In this document: positions 58,551-64,000 of the stretch, one piece after another
Numbering within the stretch: the first letter of the stretch is position 1
Layout: every line of letters starts with the position of its first letter
The notes under the pieces: generated by a model
What the model saw: only the letters and a program-made list of their open reading frames with translations
Database searches by the model: none
What the model was told of the DNA's origin: nothing
Translations under genes and position numbers: made by a program
Source of the DNA: the human T2T-CHM13v2.0 reference genome, Homo sapiens
Reading direction: 5' to 3' (one strand)
Assembly (NCBI RefSeq): GCF_009914755.1
Contig: NC_060940.1
Length of the DNA: 64,000 bases

Positions 58551-60045
58551 GATGGTAGCTACAAGTCTCTTCCTATGCCTATGGTTGTCAAGTAGACAGG
58601 TGAAGCAATTAGTAGTGGAAACTATCCATTCATTAAACAAGTACTTATGGAGCTCCTACTCTATGCACACACAGCCTAGTGGCTCACAATAAGCAACCTT
58701 TACAGCCACTGCTTGATGAAATATCTCCAGACAAAAGTATTCCTCCACCATAGCATAAGGTGATGGTCTGCCCTTGTGTATCCATCCTTGTTTAAGAAAC
58801 AAACTAATGTCCCTTAACTAAAGATTCTCCTTCCAGTGAGGACAAATGCAACTCCTCGTGACCACTGTTTCTCCTCTGGTGCCCTTCCAATAACTCAGAA
58901 AATCTAGATTATTGGTTGTTTATGACTTCACTGGATAGCACCTCTATTGTCATCAGGCCTTCAGGAGGTTGGGTCTTCTGAGAAATGCCTGCCCCTCACC
59001 CAGCCCTAGCAGGCCAATCCATTCCTCTTTGTGTGGTGGAGTCACGCCAGTGAAGTGGATGAGGAGTAGGATGGGAGTCAGAAAACTTAGGTTTCATTTG
59101 TGCATTCTCAGACTTGTGGGAAGATACTTCACCAGCCCCAGCCTTAGAAATGAGAGTAACAGAGCTGTACAATCTCTGAGGTGTTATGTATTCTTAAGGA
59201 TACACTTACTGGCAGGGAGGAAATGCTCTAAGCCATTTACATACATTACCGACATCTTCTCTTTTAACCCTCCAGGGATCAGGCATCTCCACGGGGTAGG
59301 CACTCCCACCTTCCTGATTTTACAAATGGGAGTCTGAGGCTCAGAGGAATTGGGTGACTTACTCAATGTCACACAGCTAGTTGCAGGAGTCAGTCTTTTA
59401 ACTCAGGCCCATCCAGTCTTAAAAACATGGACTGAACCAGTGTACATCCAACTGACAGATGAGTTTAGAAGCTATCTAGTCCAGACAAGCTTGAACTCAG
59501 CTAGTCCAGCCTTTCATGCACCTCACCTATTTAGTGACAGGGAAGTCATTACTTCTCCAAGCAACTTACATTACGTTAGGCTGAAAATTGCCTGCCTGAA
59601 ATTCCTGCTCACTAATCCCTCTTGGCCCTCTGTTAACATCAATAATTCCACCGATAATTACAAAGCACCTACTAGGCACCAGACATTATCCTAAGTGCTT
59701 GGGATACACGTATGAAATTGCTCATTCCAACTTGGTTTGGCCCAGTTTTCAAGGGTTTCCTGCTCAAACTCACACCTCAGCCTGAATTCCCACTCCTGAA
59801 GATTTCTTACCTCTCTGTAGTGAGCTCTGTTGATGGCCTCTCTCCATCCTGCTGTAACTCACATGGAACCTGTCTCTTCCTTCATTTCTCCCAATGATCT
59901 CTAAGACAGAGCTGTCTCATGCCGCTGACTTTACTGAAGCTCTCAGGATATGGAGGGGGATTACAGCATGCAATAAGCCATGACTTCCACAAAGTTACTT
60001 ATCTCTGTCTTGAAGTTCTTCACTCACCCCTGCCGTAGGAAATTT

Positions 60046-60270
60046 CACTTCCCTAGCCTTTCCTCAGAGCCCAGCTGCTGTCATTTTTGGGGGGTCCTCT
60101 ACCAAGTCTCTTGAATTCCACATTCCCTAGCCTTTCCTCAGAGTCCAACTGCTGTCATTTTGGGGGGATCCTCTACTAAGTCTCTTGAATCCTACATTCC
60201 CCAACCTTTCCTTAAAGCCCAACTGCTGTCATTTTGGTGGGGGGTGGGGGGGTCCTCCACCAAGTCTCTT
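60046..60270. repeat. ~74-bp tandem repeat, 3 diverged copies
   Basis: ttccctagcctttcctcagag..ca.ctgctgtcattttgggggg.tcctctac.aagtctctt x3. Confidence 0.88.
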
Positions 60271-61819
60271 CTCTATTTCCTTCTAATTTTTCGCAATGGT
60301 CAGTACACCCAAGACCCTCTTTCCCTGAGCTGGGAAAAGACCTCAAATTACTATTTTTTTGTCATGCATACCAATGCAACTCTTCTTAATCTAAGCTTTT
60401 CTCATCTCTACCGTACTCCAGAGGAAACCTCCCTGCAAATAAGAAAACCACACCAATTAAAGTATTTTTTCTGGGAAAAGAAAATATGCAGTTGTCTCAG
60501 AAGGATTCCTCATGATACTCCTAGGTCAACTAATTCAAACAGCAGCCAACTTTTGAAATAGAAGTTTTCTATTAAATAATAGTAATGTCAACTATTAAAC
60601 CTGCACCTTGGCATATGATATGCTACATTCATTTCTTCATCTTCCAAATGAAGAAACTGAGGCTCAGAGAGAAACATTATCACTAGCTTTAAATCACTGA
60701 GCTAGAAAGTGGAAAAGTGAAGATTCAAACAGTCCCCAAACCAACACGCCTTTCCAGTGCTTGAACTATGATCAGGCAAGAAAGTGCAACACTTAAGGTG
60801 GCACTCACTCTCAGGGGCTGACTGCACAAGCATGACCCTAAGAATGGGTACTTCCTTAAGAGCAGGGTACCTAGAATCCAAGTTCAGGCAAGTGCAGGGT
60901 GAATGCAGCTTTAATTTGCATCCTAAGCACCCCGCTTGCCTCACCACAGCTGGGGCCCTGTACCTTCTCTTCCACAACCCTGAAATGCATGCTGGACAGT
61001 GACCATCCTGACTGGGACACTAGCCTGGCCCTCTGGGCTTGCATAGCAATTGATGCCTGGCTTTCCCTGTGCAGGTGGTGCTGATTAATGGTGCTGTTAA
61101 GAAGAGATCCAGCTGCTGCTTTCAGTTTCCTCTTCCTGCAGAGATCCTTAATTACTGGGCTTCACCTGTTGAGTTTCCTTAAATGACATGAGTGTGTATT
61201 TTTAAGTGGGAAAACAATTCATTAGGAAGTGCCAACATCTCAGAGGAGGTAAATCCTCCAGTTAATTTCAGAACCACACTGCTTCAGCCACATAAGAGAG
61301 CGGTCCAAGGGGGTACTGCTTTTTTCTGAACGTCACCAAGCCAAACAACCAACCTTCAGCAGATGGCAGGGAGCGGCCTTGAGAAACCACAGGGAGGGGT
61401 CATGAGATCAAACCACCCTTAGCCATCAACCTTTAGCATCCTCCCTGGTTGCCCCTTTAGCTCAGCACCCTGGGAATGATGGGTCCACACAGCCATTTAG
61501 GTACTGCTTCCACACGGCTGAAATTGCATTTGCATTTTATTAAATAAAAGCAATCTGTGCAAAAGCCTAGCCTAAAGTTACTAACAGATATTTGAGTCTA
61601 AGATAATACATCTTACAGTATTAGAATTCAGGTTCTAAGACAATCACCCTCAACCATTGTCAATCTTTACATTAGGGTAGATTTTTGAAACTTCAGGTCC
61701 CTACAATCTAGATTCTGATTTAATTAGTCTAGGGTGGGACCCTGGCCTTTAGTATTTTTTTAAAGCTGCAGCCCTCAGTGGTGACTCCAACGTGTAGCCA
61801 GAATTGGAAACCACTCTAA

Positions 61820-62286
<467 letters not shown>

Positions 62287-62289
62287 TGA

Positions 62290-62610
62290 TGCTTACTAGA
62301 GGCAGGAGAAGGGACATAGAAGGAGCAATGGGGATAGGTCGGCCAAGGGGTACAAAGTTAATCAGGAAGAATAAGTTCCTGTGTTCTATTACGCAGTAGG
62401 GCGACTGGAGCTAATGACCATACATTGCATATTTCAAGATAGTCAGAGAAGAGGAGCTTGAAAATGATCACCACAAAGAAACGGTAAAGGTTTGAAGTGA
62501 TGGACACACACTGGCTACCCTGTTTGATCATTATACAATGTATATATGTATCAAAATATTACACTATACTTATAAACATGTATAATTATATGTGTCAATT
62601 ATAAATGAAA
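62290..62610 (+). mobile_element. L1MA-type 3' end
   Basis: gggtacaaagtt...ggaagaataagttc...tttgatcattatacaatgtat. Confidence 0.72.
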
Positions 62611-62720
62611 TGTTAATATGTCCCTTGATTCTTGTTTGTACCTTTTTCCAATTATTTAGCCTTACATATATATCCATGTATATATAAATTTTACATAAAT
62701 GCATAAAAAGTGAGCATTCC

Positions 62721-62722
<2 letters not shown>

Positions 62723-62760
<38 letters not shown>

Positions 62761-62840
62761 AGAAAAAGAGACAGAGACAAGCAGAGAGAGAGAGAGAGAG
62801 GCAGAAACAGAGAGAGAGGAGGAGACAGGGAGAGAGAGAC
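62723..62840. repeat. (TG)n followed by (GA)n-rich microsatellite
   Basis: Direct. Confidence 0.95.
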
Positions 62841-63116
62841 GGCAAACTTTTTTTGCTACCAATTTTGGCTCATTTGCCCTGCCCCTCTATTCTCACCCCC
62901 ATTGCCATCTCCCCACCTGCTCCAACACCTGCCCCACCAGAAAACCTGTACTGACAGTCCAGTCAGTGGTCTTCTATATAGTGTCCATCCTCATTTAATT
63001 CTAGACAGCCATACAGACACACGAGTGTGGGCAATCATTGTTTTATAGAAATGGGATCATATTCTACCAACCGTTCCCATGTATTCAACAATTCCTTGTT
63101 GTAAGCCCTCCAAGTT

Positions 63117-63695
63117 GATTTCTCAAAGAACTAAAAATGGAACTTTCACTGGACCCAGCAATCCCATCGTTGATATGTACCCAAAGGAAATAAGTCATTC
63201 TACCGAAAAGACACTTGTGCTCATATCTTTATAGCAGTGCTAGTCACAATAGCCAAGACATGGAATCAACCCAGCTGTCCATCAGTGGTGGACTGGATAA
63301 AGAAAATATGGTACATATATACCACAGAATACTAGACAGCCACAAAAAAAGAATAAAATGATGTTCTCTATAGCACCATGGATGCAGCTGGAGGCTGTTA
63401 TCCTAAGCAAATTAACGCAGAAACAGAAAACCAAATACTGCACATTCTCACTTACATGCGGGAACTAAACACTGGGTACACAAAGACAGAAAGACGGGAA
63501 CAAGAGACACTGAGGATTCCAAAAGGGGGAAGTGAAGGAGGGGGCAAGGGCTGAAATATTACCTATTGAGTACCAAGTTTGCTACTTGGGCAACGAGATC
63601 ATCAGAAGCCCAAACCTCGGCATCATGCAAGATACCCATGTAAAAAACCTGCAGGTGTACCCCATTAAACTAAAAAAAAAGAAGAAGAAAAGAAA
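63117..63695 (+). mobile_element. L1PB/L1MA-type 3' fragment with A tail
   Basis: acccagcaatccca...cacaatagccaagacatggaatcaacc...catggatgcagctggagg. Confidence 0.85.
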
Positions 63696-64000
63696 GCCCC
63701 CAATACCCCTGATATCACTCACCTTCACTGTCCTTATTGGGCACGTACCAGTCCATAGGTGGAAGCCCCATTGCTTAGTCAGCCACTCCCCCATGGATGA
63801 GCACTCACTTTGCTTCCCATTTCTGCCCGTCAGAAATAACTCAGCCACAAACAGGAGGTCATCTGATGCCTGCAACCACCCTATACAGCACAAATATCCA
63901 TGTGAATCTTTCTTCCCATCCGCAGACACATAGCCAAATGCCTAGCAGGCCTTACCTGACCCCACTAAAACAGTCTTTCTGGCCAGGGAAAATTATAAAG

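Overview
Human (primate) genomic DNA, not microbial. Positions ~430-31620 (minus strand) hold an unprocessed PKD1 (polycystin-1) pseudogene from the chromosome 16p segmental duplications. PKD1P6 is the best fit, but that paralogue assignment rests on recalled map spacing, not a search. Exons 1-6 and 16-30 are present with canonical GT-AG junctions and almost exactly PKD1-sized lengths. A large deletion fuses exon 7 to the 3' end of exon 15, causing a frameshift and a stop after 528 codons. There are further in-frame stops in exons 18 and 23 and small in-frame deletions in exons 23 and 27. Intron 21 carries a ~3.5 kb polypurine/polypyrimidine tract and intron 22 a ~0.6 kb one. Embedded small-RNA loci: miR-6770-like, miR-6511, a Y3 RNA retrocopy, miR-4516-like, miR-3180 and miR-3670-like. 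The CpG-island promoter and two 5'UTR uORFs are retained. From ~38.5 kb to the end the DNA is AT-richer, apparently gene-free and made largely of Alu, L1, L2/MIR, MaLR/ERV LTRs and MER DNA transposons. I found no convincing new biological system. The best leads are the intact 528-codon N-terminal ORF, pseudogene-borne ADPKD-type alleles, a candidate poison exon in intron 16, and a serially reused retrotransposon target site. PKD1 c./p. numbering, miRNA sequences and repeat family names are from memory and need database confirmation.
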